This document shows, piece after piece, positions 15,499-29,536 of a stretch of DNA of 64,000 nucleotides. The notes beneath the pieces were generated by a model. It did no database searches. It was not told where the DNA came from and worked only from the letters and a program-made list of their open reading frames with translations. The position numbers and the translations under genes are program-made. Location: NCBI RefSeq assembly GCF_009914755.1, contig NC_060935.1; one strand, 5' to 3'. The DNA is from the human T2T-CHM13v2.0 reference genome, Homo sapiens. How positions within the stretch are numbered: the stretch's first letter is position 1; every line of letters starts with the position of its first letter.

Positions 15499-16968
15499 GG
15501 CTGGAAGCATCACATTACCTAACTTCAAACTATATTATAATGCTATAGTAACCAAAACAGCATTATGCTGGTATGAAAACAGATGTACAGACCAATGGAA
15601 CACAATAGAGAACACAGAAATAAAGCTGCACACCTATAACCATTTGCTGTTTGACAAAGTCAACAAAAATAAGCAATGGGGAAAGGACTCCCTATTCAAT
15701 AAATGGTGCTGGGATAACTGGCTAACCATACGCAGAAGAATGAAACAGGATTCCTATGTTTCACAATATATAAAAATTAACTCAAGATGAGTTAAAGACT
15801 TAAATACAAGACCTAAAACTATAACTATAATAGAAAAAAGCCTAGAAAATACCATTCTGGACATAGGCCCTGGCAAAGATTTCACATTGAAGATGCCAAA
15901 AGCAATGGTAACAAAACAAAAATTGACAAATGAGACCTAATTAAATTAAAGAGTATTCTGCACAACCAAGAAACTATCAACAGAGTAAATGGAAAACCTA
16001 TGGGATAGGAGGAAATATTTGCAAACTATGCATCTGACGAAGTTGTAATATCCAGAATCTATAAGAAAATTAAACAATTCAACAAACAAAAAACAAATAA
16101 CCTGATTAAAAAGTAGGCAAAGGACATGAACAGACACTTCTCAAAAGAAGACATGCAAGCAGCCAACAAACATATGAAAAGATGCTGAACATCATGAATC
16201 ATCAAAGAAATGCACATCAAAAGCACAATGAGATATTATCTCATGCCAGTGAGAATGGCTATTATTAAAAAGTCAAAAAATAGCAGATGTTGGCAAAGCT
16301 GCAGTGAAAAGGGAACACTTGTACAGTCTTGGTGGGAATGTACATTAGCTCAACCACTGTGAAAAGCAGTTTGGAAATTTCTCAAAGAACTAAGACTTGA
16401 ACTACCATTTGACTCAGCAATTCCATTACCAGGTACATATCCAAAGGAAAATAAGTTGTTCTACCAGAAAGACATATGCACTCATATGTTCATTGCAGCA
16501 GTATTCACAATAGCAAAAACATGGAATCAACCTAGGTGTCCATCAATGGTGGAATGGATAAAGACAATGTGATGCATATATACCATGGAATACCGTGCAG
16601 CCATAATACTCATGCTCTTTGCAGCAATGAAATCATGCCCTTTGCAGCAACATAGATGCAGGTGGAGTCCATTATCCTAAGTGAATTAATGCAGGACCAG
16701 AAAATCAAATACTGCAGATTCTCGTTTACAAGTGGGAGCTAAACATTGGATACACATGGACATAAAGATGGGAACAATAGACACTGGGGCTACTAGGTGG
16801 TAGAGAGAGAAAGGGGAACAAGGCCAAAAAGCTACCTATTGGGTACTATGATTACTATCTGGGTAACAGGATCATTTATTCCCTAAACTGCAGCGTCATG
16901 CAATATATCTATGTAAGAAACCTGCACATGTATCCACTGAATCTAAAATAAAAGTTAAAATAAAAAAA
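15499..16968 (+). mobile_element. 5'-truncated L1 (L1PA15/16-like) with 3'UTR and A tail
   Basis: ORF2 C-terminal translation 15500-15790; 3' end ...cctgcacatgtatccactgaatctaaaataaaagtt. Confidence 0.85.
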
Positions 16969-17393
16969 CACTTTATTTCCTTTGGTTGATTTTCTGTTTT
17001 ACTTTTTTACTCTTTATTATATTTTAATTTGAATATTCTCCATTTGGTACCTTAACCTTTATTATTGATATAATTTTTCTTTTTGTCCTATATTTTCCTG
17101 AATTCAATCAAGTCTCATTTCATCTCTTTGTGATCTTAAAATTCCATTTCTGTTCTTAATTTTTATGTTCCTCAAAGTGTTATTTTTATATATAAATTTT
17201 TGTTTGAGGATATTTAATTCAGTTTTGAGTACTGTGTTGCAGATTTCTTCAGCTTTGCAGTTGCATTTTAAAAAAGAATTTACATCGCTTTATTAGCTGA
17301 GTGCTTTTATTCACATTTTCATGTCTTTTCACAAGACTTTTGTTTGGATATAGTTTTCCTCCTTTTTTTCCTATGGGCATGGTTTTGATTTTT

Positions 17394-17453
17394 TAAATTT
17401 ATTTATTTATTTATGTATTTATATATTTATTTATTTATTTATTTATTTATTTA
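17394..17453. repeat. (TTTA)n microsatellite
   Basis: Directly visible tandem repeat. Confidence 0.85.
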
Positions 17454-18104
17454 CTTTGCAAGAGTGATATAGCTCCTGCTCCTCTAGTGTCCCATCCTTA
17501 CTGTCAGCAGGAAGAAGAAGGAAGGCAGAAAAGTCAAGGATGAAGAGCAAAGTGCTGACTAAACAAACCAATTAAGTCTGAACTCTTTAGAAAGTTTCCA
17601 GATGCTTATCAAGTGACCTTTGCTTGCGTTTTATTGGCCGGACTTGGATCACATTGCCACATCTAGCTTCAAGGGAGTCTGGAAAGGTGACTATTTTCCT
17701 CTGGGCAGGATTAGAAAAGAATAAAGCCAGTAAAGGCATTAGCAGTATTTGCCATAGAAGAGGAGGAAAAATGTTTTTATTAGACACTTCCTTGTTCATG
17801 GAAGAAATATTAGTAATTATTTTTGGTGCTCCTAATTTGATTTTTAATTTATTGCCTTTTTGCTATGAAATGTGATGCAAAGACCTACACATTAAACTGG
17901 ATAATAGTCCAACTGCATAAATTTAAAATCCAAATAAACACTTATGGAACCTCTACTATGTATGAAGCATTGTGTTAGATAACCATTTAACATAGGTTAT
18001 TTCATCTCCCATCTAACAATCCTGAAGGTATGCATTATCGTGGCCATTTAACAGATGAGAAAGGTGAGACTAAAAGCTGCTAACTAAATTTGCTTTCTTT
18101 TAAA

Positions 18105-18373
18105 AATTTTTTTTAAATTATACTTTAAGTTCTGGGGTACATGTGCAGAATGTGCAGTTTTGTTACATAGGTATACACATGCCATGGTTGTTTGCTGCAC
18201 CCATGAACCCATCATCTACATTAGGCATTTCTCCTAATGCTACCCCTCCCCTAGTCCCCCACCCCGTGACAGGCTCCAGTGTGTGATGTTCCTCTCCCTG
18301 TGTCCATGTATTCTCATTGTTCAACTCCCACTTATGAGTGAGAACATGCAGTGTTTGGTTTCCTGTTCTTGTG
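18105..18373 (-). mobile_element. Short 5'-truncated L1PA (about PA7-10) 3' end, inserted in a MIR
   Basis: ttatactttaagttctggggtacatgtgcag...; degenerate TSD tgctaactaaatttgct / tgctgacttaattttct. Confidence 0.85.
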
Positions 18374-18687
18374 TTGCTGACTTAATTTTCTAGGGTTACC
18401 AAGCTAGTAAGTGGTGAAAACAATCTGACATGCGTTTTTCCTGATGCAGCCTTTCCACAATGCAGTTTTTTTCAAAACTGAACATTTTTTAAAGATCACT
18501 TTTAGTCAGGTGGTATATCTTCACTAGTATATAAATGCTAGTAATTTGTTCCAAAAGTTCCCTTTCCTCATAGGTACAAAAGACATCCCACATGACGTTT
18601 GCAATATTTCCCTAAGAATTGGCATCTACTCCTCAATGTGTAATTAAAGGTAGAGAATGATGCAGCTCAGAGAATTCAGGAGATTAT

Positions 18688-18995
<308 letters not shown>

Positions 18996-19889
18996 TGCAG
19001 TTTTCTTGACACTCTTCTCTTTATGGTGCTTGCTGCTCTTCTAGGTCTCACTTGGCGGCCCTCTGGAAGCTCATGATTCCTCTTTGTAACAAAGTGGCTG
19101 CAGCAGTTCTAGACCTTCGCTCAACACTATTCAGAGCAAATATTTCTGTCTCTTCTGGTATCTTCTGTTTAAGATAGAATAAAGATAGAATAAGCTTTTT
19201 GTTTTTTTTTTTTTTTCTGTAAATACCTCAAATGCCTTGCTGTCTCCCTGACTAGGTTACTTTCCATCCCTGAACCAAAGGGGTGGTTTTTGTAGATCTG
19301 CTTAAGCCAATTAAAGTCCATTTCTAGGTGACCAACATTATGCAAAATACATGGCTGGGGCTGGGGTGGTGTGCTTTCACCAAAGCAAAATCTGGGTAGT
19401 TTTGACAGCAATAGAAGAAAATAGTATCGACAGAAGAATAAAAATGCTCAAGAAGCAAATTGCAGAGTTGCTGTCAACATTAAAGACAATGACTGCAAAA
19501 TGTTTGGGATAGTGCCTGGCACATAGTAGGTACCCAATAAATAGCAGCTATTATTATTATTGGGGCCATCATCAATATCTTCATCACTTATGGGGCGCTT
19601 AGGAGATCAGAGTCTAAGTGATCTTGAAGTGTAGAATGTTAGAACAAGAAGGGATGTGAAAGATAATTGAGACCAATTCTGTCATTTCATGGCTGTGAAA
19701 CTACAAACCATGGAGGCGATGGAACTTGCCTAAAGTCCCCCTGCTGGCGGCCGGTCACCCTGACCTATCCTCTCTTTTCTTCTCCCTTCAGTTGCATATT
19801 TCCGTGGTTAACTCAGAAAACTCTCCTAATGTCTCTAGCTGCCTTCTCTCAGAGTGTAACTACCAGATGGTTGGGACTTCATAAACGTC

Positions 19890-20360
19890 TGTCAATGAAT
19901 TAGTTGAAACACATTTTGGAACTTTTCCTAACTTGCAGTTTATTGGCAAAATTTCACACTAGAGACAAGAAATTCCATTGGGAAATTTAGTTCCCTGATT
20001 ACAGCTTGTGGGTCAATTTATTTCAAATAGTTCAAAGCATCTCAATGTTGAAAAACAATCATTGGTCTTCTAGTGAGTGGGTGGGTTTTCTAAACTAAAA
20101 ACCAGAATTAAAAAATCATTATTTAGTTGCTTCCTGTAGTTTAGTTTTTTCTGTTTCTCAATAGTTGATCCAAAGATTGGCCAGGGGATTGGTTTCCTGA
20201 ATCCTTCCTTTTGTAATTTATCCACATCAACATAGGCTGTTCATTATATGAAAGATCACAGGACCCCGGGGAATTTTGTTGTGTGGAAACAAGATTTACT
20301 TGTTCATTGGCAACAAAAATCATAAAATCAAGATCACTAGAAAGGAATCCCAGGGTCATG
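19890..20360 (+). promoter_or_regulatory. Candidate OR4B1 promoter/regulatory block with O/E (EBF)-like sites
   Basis: Non-repetitive AT-rich block paralogous to 33950-34400. O/E-like sites: ttccattgggaa (19973-19984), accccgggga (20263-20272), tcccagggt (20348-20356). Confidence 0.5.
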
Positions 20361-22570
20361 GAAAGAGCACTTATTTGTACCTCAGCAACTTGATTAATAA
20401 ATAATGAGCTGTGTAACTTTGAAAGGTCAATTAAATTCTCTGGCCCTTTATTGCATCATCTGAAAACTAAGGATATTGAATTGATGGTCTTAAAATTTAT
20501 TCAGCTCTAAAATTTCTTTGATTTCACCTGATGCCTTAGCTAAGATGAAGTGGTTTAATCTGCTGGGGTGCTTTCAATGCAGATGCAGAAGCTGAGTGGA
20601 AGATTCTTGTTCTGAAGAGGGGCCTCCTGTGTTGCAAGTCACACTCCTTCAGTCCCGTCAGCCCTGGACACCCCTCTGAATGATGAGCACTTGCCACCGA
20701 GGAAGAAAATTTTCCTCAGCCTAGGGAGAAGGAGCCTCCCATTCCATTCCCTGTTCTAAGGCTGAATATTACCCAAGGAAGGTAGGTAATGCCCTACCCA
20801 GAAAGAGTTCTCAGGTTCACTGAGCATGAGTTAGAGGCGCCAAATCTCTGTGTGACCTAGGGTGAGTCGCTTTCTTAGGCTCAGTTTCTGACTCTGTAGA
20901 AAGGAGAGGCCTGGACAGGATGTGTCTTAAAGTTCTGCCCGGCTTTCACTTTCTGGGATTCCATGCAGTACCACTTGGGGGTCCAAAGGGGTGGTGGGAA
21001 GGAGACCTTGTGATGTGGCTTTGAGCTCATAGCAATGGGTCTTCCAGGCTCTCTCTCACTTACTGCTTCGTTCCTGTTGTACTTCTCTCACTGGGGCTTC
21101 ACGTTAGAGGATACAATTCTACCTAGTTAGTGTTTAGATGATAATTTTCCAACCTAAGCTTTTACATGTAATCCATGACCCAATGGTGAGGGATTTATTT
21201 GGGAAAGTGCTGGAAAAAAGAGGTGGTAATTTATTATCAAATAGCTGCTTTTATCTTGGGGAAGGTGGAAAGAGAAAGCAGAAAGAAATGTAAATAAATA
21301 CCAGAAAATCTGAGCTAAGAAAAGCTACTATTTATGGAAAGTTTTGTATTTGCTGGGCAACCCTGTGAAGTACTTTATATATTTTATCTCACATCTAATT
21401 CTTGCAACAACTATGCCAGATATAAATTGCTACTCTATTGAAAAAAAAACTGTTAATAAGGGCACATGATAGGTGAGCGGTAGAGCTAAGAGTTGGCTCC
21501 CAATTTCAACACCCACCCTCTTTACCACTGCTTTAGACCAATTCCTGAGAAGAGTGAAAGGCAGCTTAGCCAGGGGTCCTTGCTTTGTTTTCATCTGTCC
21601 TTTAGAGGACCCTGAACCATGAACTATTTCCTCCACTAAAAGGCAGGTCACTTGCCCTTCTGGATTCATCACCTCTGTGCTCTCACGATGACTTCATTAA
21701 GCCATCTGACATAATCGTATTAAATTCCCCTAATAGGCTTTTTTGTTTGTTTTTAAAATATATATCATGTGGCCCATTATGGTAACCTTCTCAGCATAAG
21801 GACTTATGATGTGTGCGTGTGTGTGTGTAAGAGATTTAGCACTTTAAGTGAGAACTGGGCAATTCATGTCCAAGTGACACTGGACAAAAGAAAGGACAAA
21901 AAATGTCTTCTGGAAAACATAATGATGTTAGGGTCCTCCCCACTCAGCTCATAGAAGATAATCTAGAAGTAGATAAAGTATCTCAATTGCAAAATTGCAG
22001 CATGTGTGACTTTGACCCAGTGCAGTTAAATGCTTATTTCTGAAATAAAAATGATCTACATTGTTCATAATTTTATATATTTGGTGAGAAAGAGTCTCAG
22101 GTAGGTTATAAGAGGTCAACAGACTTAAAAGAAAATGTAGAGAGATAGCTTTAAAGAATCTAGTTTTTTTCTTATCAATCTACTGGTTAATCAGTTTATC
22201 ATCAACCAAGGGTCTACATATATACTGTGTACCATCTGTGAGGCTGACATTTAGGTGCTGTGTGGGTTCAAGGCGTAACAAACTTCAACTCTTTTTCTAA
22301 CGACAAACAGATGACTGTAATGCCACAATGAGAGAGAGAAAAAAAGAGACTGTATAAAGATAAAGTGTGATGCATTTTGTGCTTTCAACTGTAGGTGGTA
22401 GAATAACTTCATTTATGTATTTAAAAATTCAATTAAATGAACATTTGCCGAGAAGTTATTTGGAGGATTCAGAGATGAATAAAGTCAGCAAAGAAGACAG
22501 ATACAGAAACAAAAATGACAATAAAATATGCTAACTACTTCAGTAGAAATATGTAAAAAACATGGAAGAA

Positions 22571-22862
22571 GGCTGGGCATGGTGGCTCCCACCTGTAATC
22601 CTAGAGCATTGGGAGGATCACTTAAAACCAGGAGTCTGAGGCCAGCCTGGGCAACATTGTGAGATGCCATCTCTACAAAAAAATTAAAAAATTACCTGGG
22701 CCTGGTAGCATGCACTTATAGTCCTAGCTACTGAGGAGGCCAAGGCAGAAGGATCCCTTAAGCCTAGGAGTTCAAGATTACAGTGAGCTATGATCATGCC
22801 ACTGCACTCCAGCCTGGTTGAAACAGTGATACCTTGTCTCAAAAAAGTAAAACAACAACAAA
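22571..22862 (+). mobile_element. AluJ
   Basis: Diverged Alu dimer with J-type diagnostics. Confidence 0.88.
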
Positions 22863-24526
22863 AGCAGGCAAGAGGTGTTTCCTGGCAGTGCAGCGATGGG
22901 TGGTGTTTGACCTGAGTATTAAAACAAGAAGAAAAGTTAGAGAGTCAAGGCATGTGCACCAACCAAGCAGAGGGATTAGTTTATGCAAAGAGACAGTTTT
23001 TTAGAATGATATATCATTCAGAATGGCTGGAGTACAAGCTCCAGTTGAGAGTGATGGCAACTGAATATAGAAAGATGAACAAGCTCCAGTTCTGGAGAGT
23101 CTTAATGTCATGCTGATGGTATTGGATTTAATCTCGTAGTCAGTGGAAAACCGTTGCTAGATTTCAAGTCAATGCATGACTTGATCAGATTTGCATTTTA
23201 GAAGTATAACAATCATAATAACTTACATTCTTTGAGGGCTTGCTATGAAATGAATACTGTGTGCCTTCTTGCATTTAGCAGAAGGATGACTTAAACTGAT
23301 TTCCAGAGTTGAGAGCAGAGATAAATAGTAACCAGAGAAAGCTTCCTAGACAGCGGACCTTGTAGACTAGCTGGCACTTGGAGAGGGAAGCAAAAAGGGG
23401 TGATACATCAGGTAATGTGAAAAGTAGGAAAGATTCACCTGTGTTGGGGATCAACTTGTATTTATGAGAAGGTGAGGAGACCTCTGAATAGAACTGAGAT
23501 TGTGTGCGGTTTAGTGCCCCGTAAAGTGGGTTCGAAGGGGCCTGTGGAGGTCCTGTAGAGGTTTCTAAAAGTCAGATGGAAGAATTTAGGATGGATTACC
23601 AGCCAACAGGGAGACAATGGCAATTTCTGAATGACTTGGAACTGAGGGAAGAGGAAGAATTTCTAACGTGAGTATGTAGAATAGACTGGGGATGAAGACT
23701 GGGGATGTCTGGGGACAGATGAAGTATGTAGGTGTCTGCAGTCATCCTCATGTGAGTTTATGTCCTACTTGAAGATGGCAGCTGCAGGAAGACAGAGGAG
23801 GAAACTGGTGAAATCAACAGGACATAAAGATTGTGTAAATATGACAGGTGGAGGAGGCATGAATTAGATGTGACTCCATGGTTTCAATCCTGAGGGACAG
23901 GGAAAATGATGGTGCTGCTATAAGGCCCAGTGTGAGAGGGGTTTCTTCAGCTCACCTGCGCTGGAAGAGAATGACAGATTCCATAGCTTGGTCTCACCAG
24001 CTGCAGTTCTGCCTCCCACCAAAATCCTTGCCTTTGGGTAAAGTAGGAGAGGGGAATCCCTGAGTCTCACACTCTGCGCAGGATCCTACATGGTTTCTTG
24101 GTCTTGCATGATCCAGAAATGGTGGAAATGGAACATTCCCAATAATGTAGAGTTTCTAATGATGCTCCTGCTATTCACAGGGTGGGATTAGTAAATGAAT
24201 TTGGCCAAGTTTTGTATTGACCATAGGTCTTGATGCTATTTCTCCAAGGCCCTGGGGTGGCTAACCCCTTTCTCCTCCAGCTGAGGTGTGGTGGCTCTCC
24301 ACTACCCTTATTTACATAGGCTCGGTTTCAGCTATGGCTCAAACACTCGCAAGCTATGTTTCTTTGGACAAGTTACTAAACTTCTGTAAGCCTCATTTCT
24401 CTCATCTAATAATTAGCTACCTCAAAGAGGTACAGGAAGAATTAAATGAGGGGATGACTGTAAGATGCTTATCACAGTCTAGCACACAGTAGACCCGGAA
24501 TACACAGCAGCAGCATCTGCAGTTGT

Positions 24527-24616
24527 TGTGGTTGTTAGGAAGACAATGACAATGAAGATGGTAAACATCTGGTAACCACCATGTTCACCATCTTCATCAT
24601 CATCCTAACAACCACA
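24527..24616. repeat. Imperfect 90-bp palindrome
   Basis: Arms tgtggttgttagga/tcctaacaaccaca (14/14) and atgaagatggtaaacat/atgttcaccatcttcat (16/17). Confidence 0.85.
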
Positions 24617-24658
24617 TGATGGCAAACATGAGCTAACAAGATGCTCTAGTTCCTCCAG

Positions 24659-24728
24659 GCCACCAGACCCCTTGGCAGCCTTCTTGTGTTGTTTTTGAAG
24701 CTTCCCTTATTTCTATTCCTCTACACCG
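24659..24728 (+). other. Candidate non-coding 5'UTR exon of OR4B1
   Basis: Branch point gctaac (24632-24637), acceptor ttcctccag (AG 24657-24658), donor ccg|gtaaga. Confidence 0.35.
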
Positions 24729-24994
24729 GTAAGAGAGTCCCATCTTGCTTTCTCTTTCCCTTTCAGTTGTTTTCTTGGGTACCTCTTTTTTTTTTCTTCA
24801 CCAATTAATACTCCACTTCATCTCCAGTTTTAGCCAAGCTCCTTACTGAGCATCTTTCAGCAGATTTTTACCTTGTGTTTCTCTTCAAATTTTCACTATG
24901 AGAGAAATTGGGGAGGAAAAAGTATTGAATATTTTCAAATGGAAGCACAAGTGGAAGAAGGAAAAGTAAGGTGAATAAGAGATACTTCAAAATA

Positions 24995-25301
<307 letters not shown>

Positions 25302-26305
25302 CGAGATACTTCAACATAGTTTTGAAAGCAGAGAAAATCTTGAAGTTTTTCTCTCCTTCTTTTCATAAATGTGTTGTTTAATCATTTGAAGTTACAAGCC
25401 TCTTGAGGCTAGAACCATGTTCCATTCTCCTTTCCTATGTCCTGAGTTGCCTAGGCCTGTGGTAGGTACTTAATAAAATCTTTGGTTTAAAGAGTTATTT
25501 TAAAAGAAATCCTGCACCTTCTGCTGACAAAAATGTTTGCTAATGGCAAGCAAACTGGAAGACAGAAACAAGCAAAGTGGTGTTGTCCATATGTTATATT
25601 CAAACTATTGTTTGATAGGGAGCTATTCTCCAAACAACTTCTGGATGTTCACTTAGCTCTCAGCTGCCAACATTTTCTCAAAATGGTTGTAAAATTCATG
25701 AAGCTATAGGACTGGGCAAAAACCATAGGGTCTGAAAGAATTCAGAAACTTACATAGTTCATGTAATGAAAACATCAAAGATATTCCCTAAAATGGAGAT
25801 GTTTCACTTAGATTGGCATTTCTGGGGAGTAAATAAATGGAGGAAACAAAAGAGTCAGGAGCAGAAGGTCACTATACAATCTCTAACACAAAGACATGAC
25901 CAGAGAAAATGGAGAATAGGAGAAATGTTAGTAATTAATATAAATGGTTTTCATGCTGAAAGCGGTAATTTTTTTTACTTAAAGTAATGTATGAGTTGGA
26001 ATAATATGACCTGGGAGGCTTGGCTAATTCACAAATTCTCTGAGCCTCAGTTTTCTTACTTGTTATATGGGGATCATAGAGTTTTTGTGGGGCTGCTTGA
26101 CCAGTGTCTTGCATAGGGTAGGTTATTGAGCACCAAATGAATAAACATTGACTATATAAATAAATAAACAAATGAGTCAGAAAATATGCATAAAAGGGTT
26201 TTATTAACAAGCAAGTGCTAAATAAACATGAAGGATTAGCGTTATTATTGCATGTGCTTTGTCACAGGGCTCTTCTCTGAGATCTGTCTTCTCTGAGTGG
26301 AATCC

Positions 26306-27235
26306 ATGGCCAGTACAAGTAATGTGACTGAGTTGATTTTCACTGGCCTTTTCCAGGATCCAGCGGTGCAGAGTGTATGCTTTGTGGTGTTTCTCCCCGT
26401 GTACCTTGCCACGGTGGTGGGCAATGGCCTCATCGTTCTGACGGTCAGTATCAGCAAGAGTCTGGATTCTCCCATGTACTTCTTCCTTAGCTGCCTGTCC
26501 TTGGTGGAGATCAGTTATTCCTCCACTATCGCCCCTAAATTCATCATAGACTTACTTGCCAAGATTAAAACCATCTCTCTGGAAGGCTGTCTGACTCAGA
26601 TATTCTTCTTCCACTTCTTTGGGGTTGCTGAGATCCTTTTGATTGTGGTGATGGCCTATGATTGCTACGTGGCCATTTGCAAGCCTCTTCATTATATGAA
26701 CATTATCAGTCGTCAACTGTGTCACCTTCTGGTGGCTGGTTCCTGGCTGGGGGGCTTTTGTCACTCCATAATTCAGATTCTCGTTATCATCCAATTGCCC
26801 TTCTGTGGTCCCAATGTGATTGATCACTATTTCTGTGACCTCCAGCCTTTATTCAAGCTTGCCTGCACTGACACCTTCATGGAGGGGGTTATTGTGTTGG
26901 CCAACAGTGGATTATTCTCTGTCTTCTCCTTCCTCATCTTGGTGTCCTCTTATATTGTCATTCTGGTCAACTTGAGGAACCATTCTGCAGAGGGGAGGCA
27001 CAAAGCCCTCTCCACCTGTGCTTCTCACATCACAGTGGTCATCTTGTTTTTTGGACCTGCTATCTTCCTCTACATGCGACCTTCTTCCACTTTCACTGAA
27101 GATAAACTTGTGGCTGTATTCTACACGGTCATCACCCCCATGCTGAACCCCATCATTTACACACTCAGGAATGCAGAGGTGAAAATCGCCATAAGAAGAT
27201 TGTGGAGCAAAAAGGAGAATCCAGGGAGGGAGTGA
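26306..27235 (+). CDS. OR4B1: Olfactory receptor 4B1, 309 aa, single coding exon
   Basis: OR motifs GN, PMYFFL, MAYDCYVAICKPLHY, HYFCD, KALSTC, PMLNPIIY; N-glycosylation sequon NVT. ATG at 26306 in tccATGg context, with an in-frame TGA at 26294-26296 upstream. Acceptor tttgtcacag at 26266-26267. Confidence 0.96.
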   Translation: MASTSNVTELIFTGLFQDPAVQSVCFVVFLPVYLATVVGNGLIVLTVSISKSLDSPMYFFLSCLSLVEISYSSTIAPKFIIDLLAKIKTISLEGCLTQIFFFHFFGVAEILLIVVMAYDCYVAICKPLHYMNIISRQLCHLLVAGSWLGGFCHSIIQILVIIQLPFCGPNVIDHYFCDLQPLFKLACTDTFMEGVIVLANSGLFSVFSFLILVSSYIVILVNLRNHSAEGRHKALSTCASHITVVILFFGPAIFLYMRPSSTFTEDKLVAVFYTVITPMLNPIIYTLRNAEVKIAIRRLWSKKENPGRE

Positions 27236-29206
27236 AAAAAGAGCTTAGGGATGAAAAAGTGATACAAAATGTATGTCTGATTACTCTCTGTTCTTGAAAT
27301 GGATTTTGATTTTAGTGGGATATTCAAGAATGACAGAAACAAATATAAAGGCTTAATGATACTGCTGCTGTGATTCTGCTTAGTAGCCAAAGACACTTGG
27401 TATGCTGGTGTAATGTTTGAAGGACAGAGGTCAGATAGTCTCGCAGAGTCTTAGAGAACTTGATTGGCTTCATGATATCCAACAATATCATGGGCTTGGG
27501 TAATATGAAGCCTCAAACCAAGTGCAAATGCAAAGGAGAACATGTTGATAAATGTTTTTTAGATTAAGTCACTTCTTCCTGTTACCTCCTCCCTTCCTCA
27601 CTTCTTTTCTTTCTCCCTTTTGCTCTTCCTCCTTCCTCCCTCCCTTCCTTCTTTTCTTCCTTCATTCTTTCTCCCCTCTTTGTTCAAACTCCCTCATGAT
27701 AACAAACTCTATTTCATTAAAAAAGGAAACCAACCAGAGGAATTATCAGGGAATATTTAGGAAGGAGGGCACCAATCTGATCTACAATGTTGACAAGTAT
27801 GTCTTTGAAAATTACATCCAGGGACTTTTCTTTTCTTCTGGTTGGCTCCTGGTATCTTGTACCATGGACCATCTGACCATAAGCCCCAGAAAAGTCCCTG
27901 GAGCATTTTTAGTTCTTGTGATATGTTTTCACAAGAGATGGTCCTTAAATCTGTCTGGTCTTTCTCACAATGTCCAACATTTGTAAAAAAATAATATCAA
28001 AATGACATAGATTCTACTTATCACTATGGAAAGATCAAGTCAAATATTTTCACAAATACAGTGTTTCACAAAAACATTGTTAGTCTTATCCAGATGTGAA
28101 AAATACAAAATGTTAGAAAATGCTTATTAGGCCTAACTTAAAGAATGAAGGGGAGAGTGATACTGTCCAAGCATACTTCTACTCCAGACCCTGTCCCTTG
28201 TTCTAAGTGACCATGCAAGGCCATTTCTTTTAATGCCTATTAGTATTTCTTGGTGAAGGGAGATGAGATCGTCTGTGTCTGCACTTTTGGTTAACTTCTC
28301 AGCATCTCTGCCTTACCCCATTGTTTCATATAATTGTACATAATTTATAGAATATCATAAAGTTGTTCCCTGTTGGCTTTAAAATTGCACATATTGGCAT
28401 TGAATTTGCACAACATCCCCTGCTTTTTCTTGAGAATCAGGTGAAATAATTCATGCAGCTTCCCTAGCAGAGGGATGGAGTATCATGGGTGTGCTATATA
28501 TCTTAGGGCTTTTTCCTTTCTATTATAGGTGCTGGTTGAACACGTAGGTAAATAGTGGTTTTAAAGGCACCAGCAAACTTCTCACTTCCCTTAGTGTTCC
28601 CATTAACCCTGTCCATAGACGACCATCATTAATCCCTGAGAAAATGTTGCTGCTTCTGCTTGGAATGACTTTACTTCCCTTTTCTGTATGGCAAAATCCT
28701 ATACATTCTTCAAGACCTAGGTTCAAGTCATCTTCCTTATAAGACCTTCTCTGACTTCCCTCCTCTTTGGGTTGAATTTATGTCTCCTTTCTGCAGTCAT
28801 TTTTACATATTATTGCCCTATCACTTCAATTCTGATTATTTGATGTGTTTGTCTCTCAATAGACTGTAAGCTCTCAAGGGCAGGACTGTCCACTGTCCCT
28901 TCTTCTTTGCAGCTCTAAATATCATGCACATAGTTGATACTTCTTAAGTGCATGTGGAATAACCAACCCTTTAGGCTCATGCACAATCCTTGCTATATTA
29001 ATTCTTATAGGTTCCTTTTGAACACTTTCATGGTGAGGAGCACATCTTCCTGTTGAAATTTTAAGAGCTCAGGCTCTGACATTTGTTAGGCTGTTCCAAT
29101 TGCCTGTGAGCCACAACCCAGGATCCAAAGTACTTAACTTCCCTGAACAACTGTTTATGCATGAGTATAATGACTAACAATACTATGAAGTTTATAAGAT
29201 TATTCT

Positions 29207-29536
<330 letters not shown>

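Noticed and set aside
13072-16968. Single twin-primed L1
   Set aside because: The two halves overlap by ~130 bp of L1 sequence but differ at many subfamily-type positions (L1PB-like vs L1PA15/16-like), so they look like separate elements.
26297-26305. ORF-track start of OR4B1 at 26297 (312 aa)
   Set aside because: It is a GTG. The first ATG is 26306, and it is conserved in OR4B2P.
27552-27986. 144-aa ORF downstream of OR4B1
   Set aside because: Built on a CT-rich low-complexity tract with no recognisable domain; likely 3'UTR or intergenic.
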